Below, piece by piece: positions 10,901 through 19,775 of a stretch of 64,000 bases of DNA. Numbering within the stretch: the stretch's first letter is position 1; each line of letters begins with the position of its first letter. The position numbers and the translations under genes are program-made. The notes under the pieces are model-generated. The model saw nothing but the letters and a program-made list of their open reading frames with translations. It was not told where the DNA came from and made no database searches. This DNA comes from Amoebophrya sp. A120 (Eukaryota > Protista > Dinoflagellata): assembly GCA_905178155.1 (NCBI GenBank), contig CAJINV010000005.1, positions 166,254-230,253 of the forward strand. The letters are read 5' to 3'.

Positions 10901-11958
10901 AATCAAACGTCGCGGCCTCGTCCGTTCTCCCCGAGATCGGCGCGAAGGCAGGGCGGGGGTGGTCCGTCCTCCACGAGGCTGAGGAGCAGGGCCGCTTCGA
11001 GGCGACGTGGAGAAACGAAGGCACGCCGGCGCTGGTAGACACCCTCCGGGAGTCCAGCCTGGTGCTGTATTGTGACGGGTCGGTCAAAGACTTTGCCGGG
11101 TCTTGTGGCGTCTTTCTGCATGGGTTCGGCATCCAGTGTGGGGCGGCGTGGCCCATCGGGCTCCACACGGATTCGTACGAAACCGAACGCATGGCGCTCA
11201 TCGCAGCCTTCCGAGCGGTGGCACGCCACGCGCTGAAAAGCGAGCAGGTGACGATCTGCACGGACAGCCAGTCCAACGTGCGGGCGTTGCTCAATCCGAG
11301 ACTGCGGGACGACCTGGACACCGAGGTCTACACGGCTGCAGCGGACGCGCTGCAAAGCTGTGCCAAGCTGGTCGTCCGATATGTGCCAGGGCACGCCGGC
11401 ATCGCGGGGAACGTGGTCGCCGACCACCTCGCGGGGTACGCCAACCGCAGCGACCTGCAGGAAGAGGGCGAGCCGATCACGCACAAGCAGTTCAAAACGG
11501 AGGCCCGCCGCTACGTGCGGAACGAAGCCCGCCGGAACCTGGCCGAACGGCAACGGGACGAAAAGACAAAGAGCAAAACAGCGCAAACGCTCCAGGAAAC
11601 AGGGGGCTGGGGGCGTGATCTGGTGACCGACGCCGGCGGCCGCGTTGGCCAGACCATGTATTACGCCCTGCGCTTTGGGTTGTTGGCGGCGCAACCGAGT
11701 GGGGAAGACCTCGACTGTGCTCTATGTGGACAGGGGAAGGCGACGACGGCGCACTTCGTGCACGAGTGTCCGATCACGCAGCCCTTCTTCCGCTCCTGGG
11801 ACCTCGGGCACATGGAAGAGTGCCGCGACAAACCGAACCAAGTCGCGAGGGCCCTGGCGGAAGCCAATGCAACCCTTGCACCACTCACCGGCCCCTTCCC
11901 AGCAATCCGGCACCAGTGGTGGTCTGACGCACGCGGCCGCAACGCGGTTGATGAGTGA
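4912..11958 (+). CDS. LINE ORF2 polyprotein: Q-rich N-terminus, C2H2 finger, AP endonuclease, reverse transcriptase, RNase H, CCHC finger
   Basis: APE motifs QWNCQSL, LQETW, NVYTPP, WDAN, SPD, GDH (~7636-8315). RT motifs APGPDSI, PVPKPG, LRPVALTS, FLDLSSAF, GVPQG, YVDD (10207-18), FLGV. RNase H motifs YCDGS, TDSQS, VPGHAGIAGN..AD. C-terminal CALC...HFVHEC and N-terminal CSHC...HIAKAH. First ATG at 4912. Confidence 0.95.
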   Translation: MFGTGGNPEGQFRYQQWPTGPQQRTNNVVQQNPPQQGWAQQNTLQQTNHVQPQSVQPPAPNYGGPALGQGATPLPTVNDYLVLHSMQGAAGGGPTGYQTAFPVGQQGGLPRSGDSLGAQSGNFSAPAFGSAFNRQQGGGAHTMLPPAQPAPTQQTSFSFQDVQRLLAAQQQQLQLQPAGAQTGQAVTPATQGVNPAGDATGLLGAMTQHHQDVRHLLGQLQGREIAVPLITRNALTGEQTGTEQLVALSEEMREVRKVLESMAHSQNAAAHQQPPKPVTEAEASGSTGKQQQQLLQQLQQQLQMQQQQQLQQQQQTHQQQQTHQQQQLQQQQQQPHHQHSDQIISTPTATPPTQSTYNAIPPGGGIVIPQRPLPVGAPAEAALPRTGEVRAGTQQSRATERGAREEAAYTRPGAQGPAPNAGGTGTIGVHQQGACYPHQEMDLVTVLTLILEEQFRRVFRALQNHGLLALVVVAVGIAVQINSHYMANPGASMMIGGHAGAELEEETVVSGQIPGHLYLDREGEYGSPALRRVFPDLRTGPEPSAAAFHHGRWHPDPSVLSPLGAVAIVVCTGTALGVVYVVADACRRACSNRTPPPGWGADVAATPIQHACPQAHANTPASHQELVTQRDLLPGHSSRQVGGAITQIQQAPPALPAHDETAAANHQDGNTAAAREPALPRVRQEQEVQPEQTPPGLGRAAGTQAASGPAQGEALQHISNSGTRAMLAAAHPTAEQQRLLRQPPGLEGSDASGVAAPVLQAEQLNRVQGGGSSSSNTGRASVGLDGDEDPEEAARAVEGVVSVQDLPHYQNTEFCVVVGLGDTLKQAAATRRYYCSHCTYSRGYAGRVQGFSEHIAKAHKKCTTFLLPECSRGKEVKYYTRHVVGPAKGAAKSEEEQYGVKHPVVQGAVRVAQWNCQSLNQSDEAAASVKGAALRQLLEEHEVDLCHLQETWRGEEFLREFLQRHVPGWEVLEVCESEGSGGGAASIVREGRVGVVKSDPDFRIVAEGGKNVASTCATLFNLDTGKEWGVSANVYTPPGIPALPAINMPPGKEIAISWDANHTQEPRATQVKTWATAQALEFYTTPLPTRPASKTSPDVVLLTGGLLARAAELQPQGPAVCLVGGDHAALVFDLVEPRADQRPGKQNFTASNTAKDDAGGGGAGRGRATGSGQKADQGLRGTQDAGSETQGAGGGGGKVNLTGRQKKVLRKEKFERLRAQRANKHSADAQSSTGEKRLPVLPGLGLLVAAVSGLAPVVPSFGGPTPVPTPSTETPSAPAPGAVATLPTDPTAAPWSPDFWQEPLPTTTRRTRLNFNRADWDLYRADMRTFLRDHPAPLSVEAKFAHIRAAIQAAAHRSIPRSNVTRKRHRQPRWQTGTELDLALKERGECMKRVAFAPPAERLFWRTALRRATARVASAEASRRDDEFGQKLEQAEQTTSGAFRLLRELEGRPPPKQQTTALRYAGKLVFKKLACVLAHFYGSHPVLDPGAERVAWDQYQHTLAEELAPSTALSLELDDVEFALRGQKPGGAPGPDSIHGVLLKNLPQQGKQLLRATFEQGVTEGVTPEVMRLEVCVPVPKPGRAADLPKSLRPVALTSCLGKVWERTVLRRLRLTFQAEGAPLYSKNQYGDTPARSATDHTATLGALASDTLRKNRRRATCFLDLSSAFERVCPPLFLNGLLERRHEFKNPARKQEFLLLTRWICSFVTNRRRVVRFNNETSQAVPLRQGVPQGTCLGPLVWCSFADVLLRELQKKCPRVQVLAYVDDLALTLEYGPGETGEAQKLLQAALDVVADFCSRSNMELSPGKCSYIVFQNEFACDLDALALHHDGERLVYDPYPRFLGVWFDRKLTFCRHFAVISETLTKRMAAVRILSRALGAGSKSVRAFYQLFCESVLTYGLTTYWNGLGAKEAAALNSFQLEGAKEVLGFPKFRQVNRACALMTAGLLSLPELYQVESTALTARAFSRPPGDALREVANTSSVDWLETGLQVIDESNVAASSVLPEIGAKAGRGWSVLHEAEEQGRFEATWRNEGTPALVDTLRESSLVLYCDGSVKDFAGSCGVFLHGFGIQCGAAWPIGLHTDSYETERMALIAAFRAVARHALKSEQVTICTDSQSNVRALLNPRLRDDLDTEVYTAAADALQSCAKLVVRYVPGHAGIAGNVVADHLAGYANRSDLQEEGEPITHKQFKTEARRYVRNEARRNLAERQRDEKTKSKTAQTLQETGGWGRDLVTDAGGRVGQTMYYALRFGLLAAQPSGEDLDCALCGQGKATTAHFVHECPITQPFFRSWDLGHMEECRDKPNQVARALAEANATLAPLTGPFPAIRHQWWSDARGRNAVDE
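5779..5913 (+). repeat. CAG/CAA polyglutamine tract within LINE ORF2
   Basis: Imperfect CAG/CAA repeat encoding QQQQLLQQLQQQLQMQQQ... Confidence 0.9.
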
Positions 11959-12418
11959 CGCTCTGCAAAAGACTCCAGACTAGTTGAAAAATTTTTCTCT
12001 CATAAACGCCTTCTTTTTCTCAAAGTCTCTGAACTTGACTTTACACACTTAGCAGAAAGCTTCGACTTCGCATTTAAATTTTTATAGTGATCAAAAGGTT
12101 AAAAAGCGACCAAAGTGTCGCGATCTCCCTAAGCACGGCAGGACTGGCTCAGCCTGCAGTCAGCTGTGCCTTTTTTCAGCGACAGATGGTTATGGGCAGT
12201 AGTATCTTTTTCCAACAGGCCGTTTTTAGTTTTAAAGCAGTTGCACACTAGCACTACCGGTAGCAGTCACTGAGTATTTTTTCAAGCTTCTCTGCGTAGA
12301 GGGATTTTTATTGAAATAGCGCTAAGGAAAAAAGGTGAGTAATCGCGTTTCCACCTTACCGCATTTCTACAAACAAACAAAGTTTTTCTATTTAATTTTC
12401 TTCTATGATCAATGTTTT

Positions 12419-15400
12419 TCAATTTCTTTTTTCAACGAAACTGGAGCGCCCGCCTGTTCTCTCTTGTCCCGCCGTCCCACCGTCGTTATTACCAAACTCA
12501 AGTTCCGCACGCGTACTACCTATTTTTGTTTTCTTCTCTTCCAAGCCAGCCCACGTGCTTGCGAGCAGCCTGTGCTGACAATTGTGCGCCAGTATCCCGG
12601 TTGCCAGCACTACGATGCCACAGCCGAGATAAGCCAGCCCTTGCCACAAAATTTGCATCGTCGGCTCGCTGTACCCTTTATCCACCTTCATATTTGCGAA
12701 GTCCGCCAAGTGCATGTTCACCCACAAAGGGCACATGTAGGTGGTGACCCGACGGGCAAAGAGGTCTTTCACGCGCGTGACGCGGGAACCTATAGTTGTC
12801 GCGAACTGCAGAGGAAGAAACTTCTTCTGTAATTTATCACCCTTGTTGTTTTTCGACGCACCCACGTGAGAGCTTTTCACCCGCTTGTCCCGGACTTGAT
12901 CGAAGTTTTTGAGAACGCGCGGATTTGTCACCCTCTCATCGAAGACTAGCTTTTGCAAACTGCTTTTCAGAAAGTCCACCGCCTGGGAGTCGATGTAGCC
13001 CTTAGTACTCGGTGCCAGTCGAGACTCGTCGAAAATAGCGGCGTGGGTTGTCGTGATTCCACTTGCAGCTTCCGCAGCAGTTTCTTCCTGTTCGTCTTCT
13101 TGCATTCGCATTGTTCCTTTCGAAGATATTGTTCCTGCAGGACGACCACAAGAACCGGATTTGTTATACACGACCTCATCCCGAACAACGGTGGTGGTGA
13201 TGCTGCCCAACCCCCCGAACCCCTCGGTATCTTTCTTCCGCCGATGCTCCACGGTACGTTCGTCCAGGTTCTCATTGAAGTGAAACTTGCTCAGCGCCTC
13301 CCCGAGCTTCCGAAAGTTATGTTCCTCCGCTAGGAAAATGTCTTCGTTCGTCGTGTTACGCACCTGGATTTGGTTTTCTTTACTCCGGCGGCTCTGGCTC
13401 GTGAAGAGTTGTGTTGCAAGGGAATAGAAGTTGCTGTTCCATATAGATTTATTTGTATTTGTTGAGATGTCCGATGGTGGTGGTGCTGTCTTCTCAAGCG
13501 ATATGGCATGCTCCTCGCCACCGGCCGAGGAACAAGACGATGTCACTGACGGAGAGCCCCCCGCGGTACTACTAGTAGAAGAACGATGGGACGCGGCCGC
13601 GTCATGATCTTCATCTTGTTTCGGAGTTGTACCAGTCGAAATCCTGCCGCGGGCTGCGACCTTTTCCTTGCTTGATATGATCCTAGTCTCGTCGTTCTTG
13701 GCATGAAGAAAATCATCTTTCCGCCCCCCTGGTCGTGAATCAAGATCAACGCTTGGACTTTGAAGCAGAGCCGCATGAGCACTGCACGCATGATCCCCGA
13801 ATGTAGTACTGCTTTTCGTTGGCGCGACGGAATCAGTACCAGCCTGGCGAGAAACAGGAGCCCCGTGATGGTGTACTTTTTGCCCTGATGCAATAGCTGC
13901 CCGCTCACCTGTATCCCGCGCAAAACAAATATCGCACTCGCATTCATTGCATCAGTGCATCATGACAGATATCGATCTCTAGTACCTTGTCCAGTATGAC
14001 AGACCCGCCCATTTTTACCATCGTTTCTTTTGAAAACACTTGTCATGCAACCAATACTGATACGATATTGGTTTTGCTTTTGCAATGCATAACACGCCGG
14101 ATGATCCTGCTCGACCATATCTTTTTCATCCTTGCCGGCGAAATCGTCGCTGCCCCAGGGTTGGAATTTCTGGTCCAGCAAAGCCACGATGGTCGGGTGG
14201 TCCCGGCTCAGCAGGAGGGCATTCGACTGCCAGTTTACCGCGCGCACATGCAGCCGCACACAGGGAAGGGCTTCGAACCTTTCCTCGGTTGTGTGTAAGT
14301 CTAAGTCTCCGAGCAGCTCGGAGTCCGGGTCAGCATCGTCGTCGTTGTGCAGAGCATTTGTTTTGCCGTTGCTTTCATCTTTTGTTTCTCGTCCTGAAGA
14401 AACCGAATCCATGAATCCACCGCTATTTTCCGCTCGACCTGCCTTCGTCTCCATGTCCTGGCGGCGGTATTTGCTATTATTCGCCTTCTCCTCTGCCCGA
14501 CAGTCTGCCGTCTCTTTGGCCGTCGCCGGCACAATCCGGATCCACTCCAGCTGGCGCATTGCGGTGACGCCGAAAACCCGACGCAGGGCCCGCCACAGGT
14601 AAAAGAAGTAGAAAGCCAATGAGGAGCCTATCCAGGGCGCGAGGGGGAGCAGGCCGGGGATGTTCAGAACGGACAACCCGACACCCGCAACCGTGAACAG
14701 GCCCACATATCAAAATGAAAAGCGCTCCTACGCCCGAAATATTTCTATTGCAAAAGCTCTAGGGGGAAACATTCGTTCCCCATCTTGCATATACATATTC
14801 CAACAAAACAAACTTTTCTGCCGAATTATAGCAAAAAATTGTGTTGCACAGCCGCAGAGTTTGTCATGTAGCAGATGCGTTCACCGCCTGTCTAAGCTGT
14901 GGATCAGGGAGGCCCGTACCCCTTGTATGAGAGACCACGGCTTTCCATTTGAAAGTTTTACATCAAAGATTTTCTACACTTCTGGGGGTGGGGCTTTTTC
15001 ATTTTAGTACCCCAGTAAAAAACTGCAGTGTCGCGACGAGAACCCGGCTTTCGAAAAGTTGCGTTTCATTATTGTGAAGAAAAATTCGCTCTCGCCATAC
15101 TCAAAAGAGGATTTCTAATGCGTGATTTGTGTCCACAAATGCCAGAAGGCAAAGAGACAAACTTGCGGCCACGTTCGCAAGTAATTTGCCATGCTTTTCC
15201 AGGACGCGGCGCAGTTGCTTCCTCTCATATTGAAGACGGAAGGACTTCCGACGCCAGCCAGCACTTCATTCAGCATTTCCTTCCTTCTAGCATGACAAGT
15301 AAATTTGTGATCACAAATGCAAATCATGGATCCTACACAAATATCCGCGTTCGTATGGCGAAAGGGAATCACTTCATTCTGATATTCGTCGGGGTTTGCG

Positions 15401-16450
15401 TACACCATAACCCCCTTCTTCGGGATCTGCAGTGCGGGTGCTGTGTTTTTTTCGTACGAGATGACGTCCTTCTTATCAGACAAAGTGTCGGGGAGCCAGT
15501 CATGCTGAATCGCGATCGCTTTTTCAAATAAAACGACCGCGGTGTGCTTTGTGCCGCTGATGTTCCCATCCTCGTACTGTGCGTAGTCGACGCTGTTGCC
15601 CGTACGAAGCCGCCGGACAACGCTGAAGTGACGCGGGTGCTGGTGCAGCCGAAAAAATCTGCTCTCGTGACTTGATGATGATGCTGATCTCGATTTACCA
15701 GATATCGCAGCCAAAAAGCCCTTTTTCCTCCGGCAAATTATATCGAGGCAGTGCCGAACTCCAGCTCTTCCGCCGATAAACGAATTCTCCGTCGCAGCAG
15801 TGGAGTGCAGCAAGCGCGAGCATGCTATCGTAAGGAAAATTCCCCCTGCTCCTAATACTGAAAAGGCATGACTCTGAATATTTGCGCTGCTGTTTCATGG
15901 CCACAAAATCGCTTCGGTTTTGCAAGCGAGCAAACCCAGAGTCGGCCACACTATGTAGGTAATTCATCCAATTTGTACTGGTACTAGGCCTACAGGGCAC
16001 GCGTCTACTATGGTAGGCGCCTACGCCAAAACATTCCTGCCCACAGACGCAATCTGCCTGCAGCTCCTCACTGCAAGACAGAGTTGACGGTGTAGACAAA
16101 TCGCCAACCAGAGATTTCCATTTGAATAAGGGGAGCAGGGATTTTTCATCCTGATACATGCCGTCATGATATCTGTCTTGGACAGTCTAGGAGTCTCGTT
16201 TTCGTTTCTGTTTCGCAGCCAAAAAAAACTACGCAGGGTCGTGGACGATCCGCAAATTGCAAGAGTCATAGCAGGGTCGTGAACAATCTTGGTCAGAATC
16301 ATGATGATAAAACTTCGCAAAAGAACAAATAATCCCTCTCCTCGTCGCATACGTATGCATTTTTCGAAGATGTACATGTCCTTGCTCTCCATGAAGATTC
16401 GTTTCAATCTCTCGAATGTGCGGAGCTGCTGGTCGTCATACATAACTTGA
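12419..16450 (-). CDS. Hypothetical membrane protein interrupted by four TIR-type introns (5' end unresolved)
   Basis: ORFs 16021..16551, 15115..15813, 13960..14706 and 12419..13546 join in frame once each element plus 5 nt is removed. Junctions read ...DIMTACSRLLH..., ...YANPDETQLFESRVLVATLQFFT(V/G)GLFTVAG.... Hydrophobic segments GLFTVAGVGLSVL, WIGSSLAFYFFYLW and LAYLGCGIVVLATGIL are present. Confidence 0.7.
13912..14091. mobile_element. Introner-like TIR element acting as a non-canonical intron
   Basis: Ends tatcccgcgcaaaa ... ttttgcaatgcata. Inner IR gcaaaacaaatatcg / cgatattggttttgc. Flanks acctg/acacg. Removing 180+5=185 nt restores the frame. Confidence 0.7.
14708..15009. mobile_element. 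Introner-like TIR element acting as a non-canonical intron
   Basis: Ends tatcaaaatgaaaagcgctcc ... ggggctttttcattttagta. 5-bp flanks ccaca/cccca. Removal length 302+5=307 nt. Confidence 0.75.
15070..15384. mobile_element. Introner-like TIR element acting as a non-canonical intron
   Basis: Ends tattgtgaagaaaaattcgctctcgccatac ... gtatggcgaaagggaatcacttcattctgata. Flanks ttcat/ttcgt. Removal length 320; 320+307=627 (a multiple of 3) restores the frame across the mini-exon, which is open. Confidence 0.75.
15826..16156. mobile_element. Introner-like TIR element acting as a non-canonical intron
   Basis: Ends tatcgtaaggaaaattccccctgctcc ... ggagcagggatttttcatcctgata. Perfect 5-bp TSD CATGC (15821-25, 16157-61). 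Removing 336 nt keeps the frame. Confidence 0.85.
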
Positions 16451-17106
16451 AATGGAAAAAACACATCACATCCTCGTGAGACGAACATACAACACAAACC
16501 AGACGCAACACGTACAAAAAGCAGGAGTTGCACAATATTAGAGGATTTCATCTAACAGCGTTCGAGCGGGTTCTTTCTGATCACCCCTGGGGAGGTGTCG
16601 GGTGCGGGAAATGGTTTGATTTCTACGGGGAGCAATGACGGTGCAGAAGGAGTAGAAGTTTGCATGATTTTGAAAATTTTCATTGGGAGATAGTTGTAAA
16701 CACTCTGCTGGTCCAGTTAAACTATTCTCATGGGGAGATCATAGTAGACACTCTGCTGGTCCAGTTTCAACGACGTAAATGGTCGAAAATTCTTTCCGAG
16801 CAGAGATCATCACAAACATCAGTGGAGGAAAAAAGAAATAAGTATAACAATGGAATATGAGACTCGATAGGTTTGCTCTTTCGAATTTCAACTGAAAACT
16901 GCTTCGACTACTGGTAAAAGATATTTCTAGACTCTAGAGCTGTGCTTCACGATAGTGATGAATCCGAATAATAACTAGCCCAGTTTCGCGGTCCAGCTGC
17001 ACGACCCGGGTTTGTTAGTTCTTCTTCTTTTTCTTGCTATGCGCCAAACCAAACAAAAACACAGTGAAACTGAAACTCCACGACAACCCCAGCAAGCGCT
17101 CGGCCG

Positions 17107-18606
17107 TTAATTCTGTTCCTCGATCGCCGGCACGGTGGTCTCCGCCGGCGCGGCGCCCTCCTCCGCGGCGCCTTTCTTTCCGCCCTTTTTGCCGCCCTTT
17201 TTTCCCCCACCCTGCTTCTCCATGTGGTCGGCGGAAAGCCCAGTGACCAGGCCCTCCTTGTCGAGCGAGGAAAAGATTTTCTGGTACATCTGCGTGGACA
17301 AATTTTTGCGCCACTCGTCCAGTTGCACTGTCTATGAACTGCAAATATGTCTGTCGTGTCTGGAAGATTGCAATACTTGTAATGCTCCGCTAGTAGCAAG
17401 AGCGCGAATTCTGTGATGCATGTTGCACAAAAGCATGGCTTCTTTCTCCGGCGAAGCGGCGCTTTGTCACGCCGAGTGGGGAACAACGCTACGGCCTATC
17501 AAAAATCTGTGATGCGTAAAAACTGTGTGGTGCACGTGCGCTTGTCATCCACGCACTAGCATGACAATGACGCCCTCCCAGACCCAGACATATTTTCAGT
17601 GCATAACTCACCGTCCTGATTGATGTCCAGACCCTGCACGGTCTCCACACACATCTCTTCCGACAGACCCATCGCCGCGTATCCTGAGCAAAAACGTCCC
17701 CAACAGGTTTCTTTTCATGCACATTGACATGCACGGGACCCCTTTCCCTACAGTGCGCATCTCCATGAGAGGCATTCCTAGTCGTGTTCTGCATCATATT
17801 GACTTTTTTGTACTAGAGAAAATGCTCTAAACAAGACGATACGTAGACGGCTTTGTTGAAGAAATCCTCTTTCATGGCTGTCGTTGCTAAGCTGCCCCTG
17901 CAGTGTGTTCATGCGCGACCACATCAGTCCTCCCGACTGGTTGATTTGTGCAACAAAGCTCCTGGGGACGTTTTCGCACAGGATACCGCGAAGGCGGCTT
18001 TCATTTCGTCCATGGACAGGGCGCCGGACTTGTCCGAATCAAACTGCTGAAACACCTTCGCGATGTTGAAAGCCGGCCGAAACGTGGTCACCATGCCTGT
18101 CAGTTTCAGATGTGGACAATGACTTCTGAATGGCTAAAAAGTTATTTGTGTCCTCGTCTAGTAGGTACGTACAGACTACAACAGCTGGGGTACTTATTTG
18201 ATGTCTTCGGATGACGATGACACAGCAATCAACAAATCTATAAATTCGTATTAACAGTTGTACTACCTTCCGCGTCCACCTTCTCGGCCAGCTTCTCCGA
18301 AATTTCCGGCATCATGTTGGCGTTCCATCCCTCGCAGGTGATCACCTTGCCATCACCCATCTCCGTCAGGCAACGGTTGACGTCCAGTTCATTCAGGTCG
18401 ATGGCTTTCAGCGCGCGCTTCAGCTCGTTTTTGTCCAGCTTGCCGTCCTTGTTCGTGTCAAATTGCTCAAACACCTTCGTCAAATCCACCGCTCCGCGGT
18501 GGCCGGCCGGAGCCGCGGCGGGGGCCGGGGCCGGCGCAGCCCCGGCCTCCACACCGGCACTGGTACCGTCACTGGCCTTGGCTGGAACACTGGCACCGCA
18601 ACCCAT
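17107..18606 (-). CDS. N-acylated EF-hand calcium-binding protein, 4 exons
   Basis: Starts MGCGAS (myristoylation/palmitoylation-type). EF loops DTNKDGKLDKNE, DSDKSGALSMDE and DINQDG(E/T)VQLDE. One GT-AG intron at 18097..18266 plus two TIR introns. Internal repeat EKVDAEGMVT / SLDKEGLVT supports a single gene. Confidence 0.85.
17333..17605. mobile_element. Introner-like TIR element, family A
   Basis: Ends tatgaactgcaaatatgtctg ... cagacatattttcagtgcata. Removing 273+5=278 nt gives an intact 12-residue EF loop. The flanking duplication is degenerate. Confidence 0.85.
17680..17985. mobile_element. Introner-like TIR element acting as a non-canonical intron
   Basis: 23-bp TIR tatcctgagcaaaaacgtcccca / tggggacgttttcgcacaggata (2 mismatches). 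Perfect TSD CCGCG (17675-79, 17986-90). Removing 311 nt gives ...MKAAFAAMGLSEE.... Confidence 0.9.
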
Positions 18607-19775
18607 TTTTGTAGCTTTTGTTTTGGGGCAATAAATAGATATAACAAATGGAAAAAGAGGGAAGAAAAGCGATGTTGATGCTTTTGTCTAGTCGCCCTTC
18701 GACACAGGGATAGAAGAAGTGGGAAAGATTTGAAAGCGTTGAATTTCACAACGGTAGTACTTTGCCTCGTACGAGAAAGGGTTGCTTCGTCTCTTCAGAG
18801 GCCGCGGCGAGAGTCGTGAGAAACTATGAACTGTGGTTGAGTTGTCTTCAAAAGCGAGGATTCAAATATGCTGATGTCCCACTACTTCATGATTCTACGA
18901 CATTGCGAAATCTTTCATCGCGTAGAGATCATCACAAACGGACGATAACAATGCTGAACGAAAGAGGAAACGCACGAAATAGACAAGCACGACAGCAACG
19001 ATCACGACGTAGTTCTACCGACAAGCAAAAGCTAAACACGACCACACGACAGAGACATCACACAGAAGGAGATTGCTTGCAGAAGCTGAAGCCTCAGGTA
19101 GCAACAACAAGGGCTACCGATTTATTTCATTCTCACAAGACCAAAACGACATCTTGCACACTTCCTTGCAAACAAGCTGATCTGTCATCACACAAGAGCC
19201 CATCGTCGCTGCAAGATGGTCTCAAAGTGTCCCTGATCTGCTCAATCGCTACAGAAAGAGAACAAGAACGGGGGCCGCGAGACAACAACAAAAAACGTCG
19301 CTCTACGGTTCAATACAGATCCGATCTTCTTGTTACGATTTTTCTCAGCCTAGGACGAACAACCTTTTACGAAGGAATATAGCGTACGAGTCATCTTTTG
19401 TCGTTTGAGGACGGCGCAAGATGGTGCCTCAGAGTCACAATAAACTTGATCGCGTTTGTGAGCATCACTTGTCAGTATTACGTTCGTTACCTCGAAGAGC
19501 ACAAAGCGATGCTCATCCATCTTCTCGCGATTTCGCTACAGCCGATTCACTTCAGCTGGTTGCTGATTTTCATTTTTGTTCCGTCTCCTAAGTACAACAT
19601 TAGTCGCAGCTCGGCTCATCTCATCATTGGGAAGTCCATCAACATCTTCGCCACCGCGTCAGTCTGTGGCCGCATTACTTCCTGCACCGTGCCTGGTGGG
19701 ATCTCATTCTGCTCTGTGCGGAATGACACGGAAGCTACCCACAAAACCTTCCGTTTGCCGCTCTCAGAGGTGTGG

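Larger units (their letters stand above)
2840..12180 (+). mobile_element. Apparently intact non-LTR retrotransposon (LINE with APE, RT and RNase H; I/Ingi-like architecture); ends approximate
   Basis: Structured leader, a short ORF1 and an uninterrupted ~7 kb ORF2 with all catalytic motifs. It is the only plus-strand coding unit in the window. No TSD or poly(A) tail was identified, so the ends are estimates. Confidence 0.88.

Noticed and set aside
2628-12318. Possible LINE TSD: gggaattttttgaaa versus gggatttttattgaaa
   Set aside because: The match is imperfect and low-complexity.
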